Shown piece after piece: positions 43,597 through 50,939 of a stretch of 54,128 nucleotides of DNA. The translations under genes and the position numbers were made by a program. The DNA comes from an uncultured Candidatus Saccharibacteria bacterium (lineage in GTDB: Bacteria; Patescibacteriota; Saccharimonadia; Saccharimonadales; EFPC-124). The stretch's first letter is position 1; every line of letters starts with the position of its first letter. The stretch covers positions 1-54,128 of the forward strand of contig CAYOML010000006.1 of the NCBI GenBank assembly GCA_964405095.1, in the 5' to 3' direction. The notes beneath the pieces were generated by a model. That model was not told where the DNA came from. It did not search any database and saw only the letters and a program-made list of their open reading frames with translations.

Positions 43597-43995
43597 CTAC
43601 GAGTTTTTGTTTAGGGTTAAAAATTCGCTTGGGTTTTTGCAGAAGCTCAAAAGGCTTGCTACGCCGAAGGCAACCTCTTGTCGGCCTTCTGCTAAACGCC
43701 GTTCCGTTTCCGCCTGATGAACATTGCGCTGTCGCCCACGACTTACGGAGTAATATCCAGTTAGCCGGCCGTCTGGGGCAGTAGCAACAATGGCTCCCAA
43801 AGAGGCATAACCCATATGATGTCTAATATTTTCTAGAGCACTCGGGTCCAGGGGAGGCACCGTCTCTACACGTTGCGATAAACTGACAAATTCATTACCG
43901 GTCTGCTCCGGTTCAAAAACTGTACATTCGTAACCACCCGTTTGCATCGGTTCACCTAATGTATACTCGCTCATTCCAAACTCCCTTAGTTTCAA
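43597..43995 (-). CDS. Hypothetical protein (ORFan, 132 aa)
   Basis: ORF with SD aagggag 7 nt upstream of the ATG and a near-consensus promoter upstream. I recognise no motif. Confidence 0.6.
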   Translation of the reverse strand: MKLREFGMSEYTLGEPMQTGGYECTVFEPEQTGNEFVSLSQRVETVPPLDPSALENIRHHMGYASLGAIVATAPDGRLTGYYSVSRGRQRNVHQAETERRLAEGRQEVAFGVASLLSFCKNPSEFLTLNKNS

Positions 43996-44001
43996 AGTTG
44001 T

Positions 44002-44030
44002 ATTATATCATACTAAGTCAATACTAACAA
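44002..44030 (-). promoter_or_regulatory. Near-consensus promoter TTGTTA-17-(TGa)TATAAT for the 132-aa gene
   Basis: The minus strand reads cttgttagtattgacttagtatgatataat. TATAAT is the complement of 44002-44007, the extended -10 TG is present, and TTGTTA is the complement of 44025-44030. Confidence 0.45.
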
Positions 44031-44040
44031 GCTCGGACGT

Positions 44041-44135
44041 TGGTGGTAGAGGTACGTCCTCTTTGTGCTCCAAACTAGAACTGACAAGGAATAACACTGG
44101 TAGAGGTACGTCCTTTGTGGTCTTTGTGGTCCCCT
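44041..44135 (+). repeat. REP-like units C (short, 44041-44068) and D (long, 44069-44135)
   Basis: tagaggtacgtcctct at 44047-44062 and tagaggtacgtcct at 44101-44114. Unit D (ccaaactagaactgacaaggaataacactggtagaggtacgtcctttgtggtctttgtgg) aligns along ~55 nt with unit B, with few mismatches. Confidence 0.75.
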
Positions 44136-44722
44136 TATACGCCAAAGTAGTTGTCGCCCTCCCACCAGTGCCTCTTTCGGAATCGCCTTGCGTCTCGTTT
44201 TTGGATTCGTCTCGTTATTGCTGCGTAGTCCAGCACGTCAGGCAACGACCATGATGGATGCCTGTCGGGGCTCTGACCGAGCTTGAGGACTCTTTCTGTA
44301 GCCTGCACAAGGTAGGCATGGTCAATTATCTCAACCCGGCCTTCGAGGCCATAAAAACTCATACCCTCTTCATAGAGGCCCCAATTAGAATAAGTGAACA
44401 GTTCGCCATCTTCACGAACTAAGATACCCGGTATCGGGACCGGCTGAGGGTACTCTCCGCCAGTCGCTCCCGTACTTGTGGGTATGATTACCCAGCCAGC
44501 GCCACAACGCCTGTAAAGGCCGGAACTCTGGACTTCCTCGTACAGAGGGACAAGCGGTACATTGTGCCGTTCAATCAACCCCAAAAACTCTTGTACTTCA
44601 GCACGTGTTCGTGCCTTCTGGGCGGCATACAGCAAGGCTTCTTCAGCTAGCTTTTGTTGATAGGCCTCCTCAGTTGCCTCTTGCTGTCTAATACCCTCCC
44701 GGGCTTCATCTTCGAGACTCAT
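44135..44722 (-). CDS. Hypothetical protein (ORFan, 195 aa; acidic coiled-coil-like N-terminus)
   Basis: ORF with SD aaggag upstream of the ATG. I recognise no motif. Confidence 0.55.
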   Translation of the reverse strand: MSLEDEAREGIRQQEATEEAYQQKLAEEALLYAAQKARTRAEVQEFLGLIERHNVPLVPLYEEVQSSGLYRRCGAGWVIIPTSTGATGGEYPQPVPIPGILVREDGELFTYSNWGLYEEGMSFYGLEGRVEIIDHAYLVQATERVLKLGQSPDRHPSWSLPDVLDYAAITRRIQKRDARRFRKRHWWEGDNYFGV

Positions 44723-44896
44723 ATATAACGCTCCTTACAATGCTGGGTGGTGCTTTCGGTAGCAATCATATTATGGCATGATTCGTAGCTATGCGAAAGT
44801 CCGGAGTAGGTATTTACATATGTTAGAGTCGTTGTAAAATAACCATGTCAACCGAATTTCGGTGGATGTGGCAATGCGTATGTTAGGGAGGAGACC

Positions 44897-45031
44897 GTGA
44901 GCGATGGCCGAAAAGCCATTTTGGCGGTGGTGAAGGTAGTAACCATCGTCTGGGGAGTAGCAGCCATAATTGCGCTGATACTCTGCTGTTGTGGCGTCAG
45001 GTTTCTTGGCGTCGATGTCCCGAGCAACTAA
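44897..45031 (+). CDS. Candidate small hydrophobic peptide gene (44 codons), below the ORF-track length cutoff
   Basis: SD gggaggag (44886-44893), GTG at 44897, product (M)SDGRKAILAVVKVVTIVWGVAAIIALILCCCGVRFLGVDVPSN, TAA at 45029-45031. Possible promoter tttaca-16-taaaat at 44813-44840; strong hairpin 9 nt downstream. Confidence 0.3.
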   Translation: MSDGRKAILAVVKVVTIVWGVAAIIALILCCCGVRFLGVDVPSN

Positions 45032-45040
45032 CATTGTCGC

Positions 45041-45093
45041 GTGGCGGCAAGCAGGCCTGGGGCACCTCCGCCCCTTCGCCTGCTTGCCGCCAC
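45041..45093 (+). terminator. Strong stem-loop (15-bp perfect stem) downstream of the small ORF; possible terminator or RNA structure
   Basis: gtggcggcaagcagg (45041-45055) pairs with cctgcttgccgccac (45079-45093). The loop contains a further ggggc/gcccc pair. There is no immediate T-run (atcctaaatgtttt follows). Confidence 0.35.
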
Positions 45094-45155
45094 ATCCTAA
45101 ATGTTTTAAAAGAGCGGATCGATAAGGCCTCTCGAAAGTCTTGTCTACGCATTTG

Positions 45156-47639
45156 TTAACCACGAGACCTGATTCTGTCGACCTCCGCCCTGAATCCTGG
45201 TGCTATCTTCTCTGCCTCTTCCACGACAAACAATAATTCATCGCGGTGCTTGATCTTTGGATTGCGCAATGCCTGGCCAATTTTGGTGGCAGTTAGATCG
45301 CGTATGCTAGGATCTCCGGCATCTTCAAGTAGAGCCTTACCAAGAAAACCTAGCCCCGATACCTTGTTGGGGTCTGACGGATCCTTATATTCACCAAGCT
45401 GGCCCTTTTCCATTGCCTCGATCGTTATACTCCCAATAACCGAACGGGCTGCAGCTGTCTCTGTGGCGGTAGTGGCAGGTTTGCCTCCAAGCTTAATGGC
45501 AACAGGACTAAATTTACCAGCGGGGTCTAAGCCTGCATAACCTAGCCCCTGGAAGCCATTGGCTTTGGCGCTTTTTGCAACAGTTTCTATCATTACGTTG
45601 TTTGCGGCGAATACAGAGCCCTTCTCTTCCCTGAGTGCTTCAGCTGTAGCCCTCGTAGCTTCCATAACCTGGTCGTAATCCGATCCAGAGGCGTGTGCAG
45701 CCATCAACGCCGACATTCTAAAATCCGCAGTACCTATTCGGGTGCCAAACCTCGATTGAAGACTTTCCATTTCCTTTCTCTGTTCCTGGGAAAATCCGTA
45801 TGCTGGATTACCAGATGCATCTTTATGTCTTACCTTGGAGGCACCGCCGTTCTCGACCTCGGCGCGCTTAATATAGTCATCAATGCTCTCTCCAGCATTC
45901 ATGCGTGATAAGTGTGCCGACAAGGGCGAGCCACCCAAGCGTCCAATCGCAGTCGCTGTTGTTCCTAATTGGCTCTCTCGCAACTTTTCAGCTGCGGACA
46001 GGGTCTGCTCGGTTATGGCACCTCGTGCACCCTTAGGCAGGAAGCGAGAGCCACCTCTCAGTAATCTTGCCTGTACTCCCTTACCTTCAAGAAATCGTTT
46101 CTGTCTATATTGTTCCCAACCACCTTTAAGGGCTTGGCCAGCTTTACTGTTGACGGCTCGTTTCTTGGCGAACTGACCTGTTCTATTCCTGTAATCCTGT
46201 GCCTTGGAATACACCTGGTGCATGGCGCCACCTGCCAACTTAAAGGCAAACGGTATAGCTAGCAAAGGCAGCAAGAAGGCCATGAAGCTGATCAATGCAA
46301 TCACAAAGTCGGATACTCCTGCGCTTTCGCCAGCCACACTCCCAACCTGAGATAATACCGAACTGGCAATTTTACCGGCTGCGAACAGCAACACGATAAT
46401 GGGGTACATGGCTAACAGGCGTATGAACATTTCACCCCACTTGCGGAAGAGGCTTTGCGTGTTTGGCAGTAGCCCTGCAACAAAAGCCAGGGGGGCCACA
46501 ATAAACAAGAAGATAAGGAAAACCTGCCGAACAATAAGTGTTGCTGCGGCTATCAGCACAACTATTAGAGCAAAGATAAAGAACACAAAGACGCCAAATA
46601 TGATCCCCGGGGCCAGAGCTGCTATACCCAGTGCCATACCTCCGTTCGCAAACAGGTTCGCAGTGCTTATTGCGCTGAGGTCTATACTCGGTTGTCCATT
46701 CAGCACTGTAGATATTACTAGCGAAGCTGCCCCTGCACCCAGAACATTGAATATGTCTACCAGGATTGCACAGATAAAGAACGATAGATTGGTAGCGACT
46801 GCCACTATAATCAGACGCGGTAATAAGCGTTTTATGCCGTAGTTAGTAATACCTGCCGAGGTGGCTTGCGAGAAGATAATCACAAAGAACACTAAAATGA
46901 AGGCAATATTGGCTATGTTCCTTACGTTGTTCCAAACAGTGTAAAGAATAGTCTCTTGACCACTAGCATCGGTGACGGTCAGAGGGTTAACGCTCAGGAA
47001 AGGCTTTATGAGGTGCTCGAAGATAAAGTCTAGCGCGCCAAATAGGACCTCGAGTGTTGGGCACACAATCCAGGTCATTATTATGCCCTTGCCAGAACAA
47101 TCGATAACCGGCGTGCCGTCTTTGCCTACTTGGTTGGCAGTACCAAGCACACGTTCGGTGCTGGCATCGCTGCCGTCCAGATAAGTTATCGTATTATTAG
47201 TGACGACAACATTGGCATATGTCTTGGTTGCCGAGTAATAAGTGTCGCCGAGGTCGGTTTTTGAACAGAATGCACTAAGAAGGGGTGTCTTGTTAATGAT
47301 AGAAGTGAACCAGTTTTTTTTGCAGCCTTCACTGGTAAACTTGAAGTCCAACTTAATGGTATATGTCCCCGGTTTGACGTTGCTAAGAACAACTTTGCCG
47401 CCACTTACAGATATATTCACACCCCCCGGATCGGGCGAAATTGTGACCTTAGTATTGTCACCTTCCGCCGTAATCTTGGTGCCTTCAACCTCAACAACGT
47501 ACTTACCACCCTGGATCTCGCCGGTAGTTGCTGAAGGCGCGGCGAATGCCGGATGGGCCAATAAAAACAGGCCGGCAATAACCAGTAAACCGCCAGCAAA
47601 CCATGCCCATACCCGTTTTAGACCCACGAAAGTAAGCAT
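45156..47639 (-). CDS. VirB6/TrbL/PrgH-like polytopic T4SS channel protein with an N-terminal secreted beta domain and a ~350-aa hydrophilic C-terminal region
   Basis: 827 aa; signal peptide WAWFAGGLLVIAGLFLLAHPAFA; ~7-8 hydrophobic helices across residues ~190-470; position upstream of the PrgI-like and VirB4 genes. Family call rests on topology and synteny. Confidence 0.5.
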   Translation of the reverse strand: MLTFVGLKRVWAWFAGGLLVIAGLFLLAHPAFAAPSATTGEIQGGKYVVEVEGTKITAEGDNTKVTISPDPGGVNISVSGGKVVLSNVKPGTYTIKLDFKFTSEGCKKNWFTSIINKTPLLSAFCSKTDLGDTYYSATKTYANVVVTNNTITYLDGSDASTERVLGTANQVGKDGTPVIDCSGKGIIMTWIVCPTLEVLFGALDFIFEHLIKPFLSVNPLTVTDASGQETILYTVWNNVRNIANIAFILVFFVIIFSQATSAGITNYGIKRLLPRLIIVAVATNLSFFICAILVDIFNVLGAGAASLVISTVLNGQPSIDLSAISTANLFANGGMALGIAALAPGIIFGVFVFFIFALIVVLIAAATLIVRQVFLIFLFIVAPLAFVAGLLPNTQSLFRKWGEMFIRLLAMYPIIVLLFAAGKIASSVLSQVGSVAGESAGVSDFVIALISFMAFLLPLLAIPFAFKLAGGAMHQVYSKAQDYRNRTGQFAKKRAVNSKAGQALKGGWEQYRQKRFLEGKGVQARLLRGGSRFLPKGARGAITEQTLSAAEKLRESQLGTTATAIGRLGGSPLSAHLSRMNAGESIDDYIKRAEVENGGASKVRHKDASGNPAYGFSQEQRKEMESLQSRFGTRIGTADFRMSALMAAHASGSDYDQVMEATRATAEALREEKGSVFAANNVMIETVAKSAKANGFQGLGYAGLDPAGKFSPVAIKLGGKPATTATETAAARSVIGSITIEAMEKGQLGEYKDPSDPNKVSGLGFLGKALLEDAGDPSIRDLTATKIGQALRNPKIKHRDELLFVVEEAEKIAPGFRAEVDRIRSRG

Positions 47640-47689
47640 TACCTACAATATTACAGCATACCGGAGTCCGAGACTATATTTAGCCCGAG

Positions 47690-48772
47690 CTATTTAGGGT
47701 CGCCGGTGATCATGCCAAAGCCCCAGGGGCCCAATACTCGCACGTCGTCGGATGTTTTTTCTAACGGGACAATACGCAACGGACCCCTTGTTGCACTCGT
47801 ATTTTGCCTTTGGTCATCTATCATGGCGTTCACCTTGTAGTATCTATATCTGAGGGTATAGGTTCTTGGTGTATCACCCATTTCATCTGTCACCTGTACG
47901 CTGATCTCCCACACATCCGGGCTGATCTGTTTAACTTGGCTCGTACCCTCCACAGGTTTTATAAACCTGGGTTGCTCCCCACTCCATGAATCAAAAGACT
48001 GACCATCAGCCACTGGATGGTTTTTCGCAAGCCTTTCGACTTGGGCGTATGTTGCTGAGTTCTTGGATAATGATGCCCCACAAAGAGCTTTAAATAAGGG
48101 CTCATCCAAGTGCCCGGCGTTTGATAGCAAATAAGCCGCCTGTTGGATACACATCTCGTAGGTGTGAGCCTTCCCCTCAACAGTGCCGGCAATACTATCT
48201 GGATCGTTTATACCTCTTAAAAGCTCATATAAAGGATCAGTAGAACCCTCTGGGATTTTCAGACTGGAGTTAAAAAAGCTGAGCGGCATTGCATCTGCCT
48301 GTAAACCAACAAAGCTTACAAAATCATCTTCAGGGTAGAAGGCCATCCATGCTGCTTGGTCGGCCGGTGACAATCGATTGATCTGCTCAACCGACATCGC
48401 ACGCAATTTCACTAACTCTGATTCCTGTTGTGAGGGTGTTGCCTCGATAAAGGCGGCCACAATGTTGCCGTTGGCACCAACATTTACCTCTCCTGGTGCG
48501 ACTGCTACCCGCCCATCACCTGCACCTGTAGGAGTGTTACCCGGGCCACAGCCTGCCACTGCCAGTGCTGTCGACAGGCTAAGACCTGACGCCATCAAGG
48601 CCAGAACCCGTGCTACCCTGCTGTCGCGCAGTCTTTCGGCTAGACTTGGCCTCACCTCGTTGTTTGTGTTAAACTCAAATTCGCGACTTTCGGCTGGGCC
48701 GAGAGTGGACGGGTCTACTATTCCTACACTCTCACCAGTCGGATTTGCTGACATAATGCCTGGCATATCCAT
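47690..48772 (-). CDS. Putative lipoprotein, first gene of the T4SS-like operon
   Basis: Lipobox-like LSTALAVAGCGPGN about 70 aa into the ORF; the true start is probably downstream of 48772. Confidence 0.5.
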   Translation of the reverse strand: MDMPGIMSANPTGESVGIVDPSTLGPAESREFEFNTNNEVRPSLAERLRDSRVARVLALMASGLSLSTALAVAGCGPGNTPTGAGDGRVAVAPGEVNVGANGNIVAAFIEATPSQQESELVKLRAMSVEQINRLSPADQAAWMAFYPEDDFVSFVGLQADAMPLSFFNSSLKIPEGSTDPLYELLRGINDPDSIAGTVEGKAHTYEMCIQQAAYLLSNAGHLDEPLFKALCGASLSKNSATYAQVERLAKNHPVADGQSFDSWSGEQPRFIKPVEGTSQVKQISPDVWEISVQVTDEMGDTPRTYTLRYRYYKVNAMIDDQRQNTSATRGPLRIVPLEKTSDDVRVLGPWGFGMITGDPK

Positions 48773-48946
48773 CCTCCTTGTTAATTACCTTCTATCGCAA
48801 TCTATTGCAGCTCTATTGGTAATAATACGATAAATACGACAAAAGTTGAAAATAGTTACATAACGCCTACACACCTTTTATAAAGGTTTACCTTGTAGCC
48901 GGGGCGTGGTATAACCAAAGCAGGGTTATATCGAGAAACAAATACC

Positions 48947-49384
48947 GTGCAAGTACAAACTTCATTAAACAAACTATCATCCCTGCTGTGGGGCATGGTT
49001 CTTGCTGCCGTTATTATCTTTTTTGCATCTTATCCGGCATCTGCTGCCACTGGCGGCGCCAACTGCACTATAGGTGGTCAGCCAGGTGTGCAAGTATCGG
49101 TAGGTGTAGAAGGTTCAAAATGTATACCTCTGGGGGCTACACCCGACACCAACCCCATAATTGTTTTTATGAAGGACTTACTTAAAGTGATAAGTGGATT
49201 GGTCGGGTTAGCCACGGTCGGCGGTATTATCTGGGGCGGTATGCTGTATGTGACTGCTCGGGCTAATGCCGGCCAAGTCGAAAAAGCCAAAATTGTAATT
49301 ATTAATTCGATAATAGGCCTAGTATTATTTATTTTTATGTTTGCAATACTGCAATTCTTAATACCAGGAGGGATATTTTCGTGA
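48947..49384 (+). CDS. VirB2/TrbC-like T4SS pilin paralog 1
   Basis: Signal peptide, Cys pair (ANCTIGG...GSKCIP), two-TM hairpin GLATVGGIIWGGMLYVTARANAGQVEKAKIVIINSIIGLVLFIF. GTG start. Confidence 0.65.
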   Translation: MQVQTSLNKLSSLLWGMVLAAVIIFFASYPASAATGGANCTIGGQPGVQVSVGVEGSKCIPLGATPDTNPIIVFMKDLLKVISGLVGLATVGGIIWGGMLYVTARANAGQVEKAKIVIINSIIGLVLFIFMFAILQFLIPGGIFS

Positions 49385-49803
49385 TGAAACGCTGGTTTGC
49401 AATATTGGGAGTAGGACTGCTGCTAGCCGTATCCCAGGGTCTGCCAGCGGCGGCAAAGCCATATGAGGGTGATGGGGATAGGTCATGCCGCAGTAGTTTT
49501 GGCCAATTCTTGGGCTTTAACTCCTGGGATTCGTGTTTGTACCATGCTTCCAGCGGCGCCCCAATTCTTAAGGGTATAGCCGACATCTGGTATATAGCCA
49601 TAGTGGTGATAGATGACTTCCTTAAGGCTGGAGTTTACGCTTCTATCGGCTTTATTATCTGGGGCGGCGTGAAGTATCTTAAAAGTCAGGGCGATCCTGG
49701 CGAGACAACTCAGGCCCGCCAGATTATCCACAATGCCCTTTTTGGTCTGGTGATTACTATTATTTCTGTTGCGATTGTTAACTTTGTAGCGAGTACATTC
49801 TAA
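49381..49803 (+). CDS. VirB2/TrbC-like T4SS pilin paralog 2
   Basis: Signal peptide, Cys pair (RSCRSS...WDSCLY), IGFIIWGGVKYLKSQGDPGETTQARQIIHNALFGLVITII. 4-nt ATGA overlap with paralog 1. Confidence 0.65.
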   Translation: MMKRWFAILGVGLLLAVSQGLPAAAKPYEGDGDRSCRSSFGQFLGFNSWDSCLYHASSGAPILKGIADIWYIAIVVIDDFLKAGVYASIGFIIWGGVKYLKSQGDPGETTQARQIIHNALFGLVITIISVAIVNFVASTF

Positions 49804-49804
49804 T

Positions 49805-50116
49805 ATGTTGAAAGATTTATTAAGCAACCTAGCCGCGCCCATAAATGTAGCACCAAATGATATTGGTATACCCCAAGTGCCACTCGATAATTCAGCGCTA
49901 GCCAATGCTTTGAGTGCGGTCTTTATGCTGCTTGGTGGAATGGCAGTCTTGTTTATGCTGGTTGGAGCCGTGCGTTACATAACTAGTGCGGGTGACCCAA
50001 AGAACATCAAAACGGCCAAAGACACGATTTTATATGCGCTCGTTGGTCTCGTAATTTCCATGTCGGCTTTCACCGTAGTACAATTTACGTTAGGTAAACT
50101 TGGCGGCAGTATATGA
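49805..50116 (+). CDS. VirB2/TrbC-like pilin paralog 3 (no signal peptide, no Cys pair)
   Basis: MAVLFMLVGAVRYITSAGDPKNIKTAKDTILYALVGLVISM core only. Confidence 0.6.
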   Translation: MLKDLLSNLAAPINVAPNDIGIPQVPLDNSALANALSAVFMLLGGMAVLFMLVGAVRYITSAGDPKNIKTAKDTILYALVGLVISMSAFTVVQFTLGKLGGSI

Positions 50117-50484
50117 TAAAAAAAATCGCGGCAGTAGTTGTGGCAGTAGTTATTATGGCTTTGGGTGTTGTCTCTCAGGCGCAGGCCGTTGATATTTTCC
50201 CAAAATGCGCAACTAATGACCCAGGGTCAACAGTCTGCACTGCCACTCAAGATAAGTTACTTGGCCCGGGTAGTTTGTGGAACAGAATCCTCGAGACATT
50301 CACGTTTATTATTGGCGCCGTGTCTGTACTGATGATTATTATTGGCGGCATTCGCTATGTAACGTCCGGAGGTGACCAAGCCAATATTAAGGCTGCCAAA
50401 GATACGATTCTCTACGCTGTAGTTGGTGTTGTTGTAGCTATGCTTGCTTACTCTATTGTTCACTTTGTAATATCTACCATATGA
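50113..50484 (+). CDS. VirB2/TrbC-like T4SS pilin paralog 4
   Basis: Signal peptide ...VSQAQA, Cys pair (PKCATNDPGSTVCTA), IIGGIRYVTSGGDQANIKAAKDTILYAVVGVVVA. Confidence 0.75.
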   Translation: MIKKIAAVVVAVVIMALGVVSQAQAVDIFPKCATNDPGSTVCTATQDKLLGPGSLWNRILETFTFIIGAVSVLMIIIGGIRYVTSGGDQANIKAAKDTILYAVVGVVVAMLAYSIVHFVISTI

Positions 50485-50882
50485 ACACACAACGAATAGC
50501 CTTACTGGTCGCGAATCTGGTGGTTGCCCTAGGCCTGGTTGCCGCTGTTGTGACGCCTGTAGCCGTCCAAGCTGCTGATCCCGCAACATCTAAAGCACTC
50601 TGCGAAGGCTCAGGCGGCACGTGGAACGGCAGTGCATGTACTAAGGCCGGTGAAGAATCGATACCAAGTGTATTTGGCACGATTACCAATGTTTTGTTAT
50701 TTGTGATTGGGGCAGTTAGCGTTATTGTTATCATCATTGGTGCTATCCGCTATGTGACATCGGGCGGTGAGCAGGCCAATATTAAGGCCGCAAAAGACAC
50801 GATATTATATGCAATCATCGGTCTTGTAGTAGCCTTCCTGGCATATGCTGTCGTCAACTTTGTAACGACACAGTTTAAGTAA
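50481..50882 (+). CDS. VirB2/TrbC-like T4SS pilin paralog 5
   Basis: Signal peptide ...VAVQAA, Cys pair (ALCEGSGGTWNGSACT), IIGAIRYVTSGGEQANIKAAKDTILYAIIGLVVA. Confidence 0.75.
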   Translation: MNTQRIALLVANLVVALGLVAAVVTPVAVQAADPATSKALCEGSGGTWNGSACTKAGEESIPSVFGTITNVLLFVIGAVSVIVIIIGAIRYVTSGGEQANIKAAKDTILYAIIGLVVAFLAYAVVNFVTTQFK

Positions 50883-50939
50883 GTCTATGCAAACACCGTC
50901 TGAGTGGTACAATAAAAAGCATAAGGAGAATAACTTAAG

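Noticed and set aside
44789-45163. 124-aa minus-strand ORF overlapping the VirB6-like stop.
   Set aside because: It has a GTG start inside the upstream gene and no SD, with Cys/Arg/His-rich composition that largely translates a GC-rich hairpin. The plus strand carries a better-supported small gene. It is not fully excluded.
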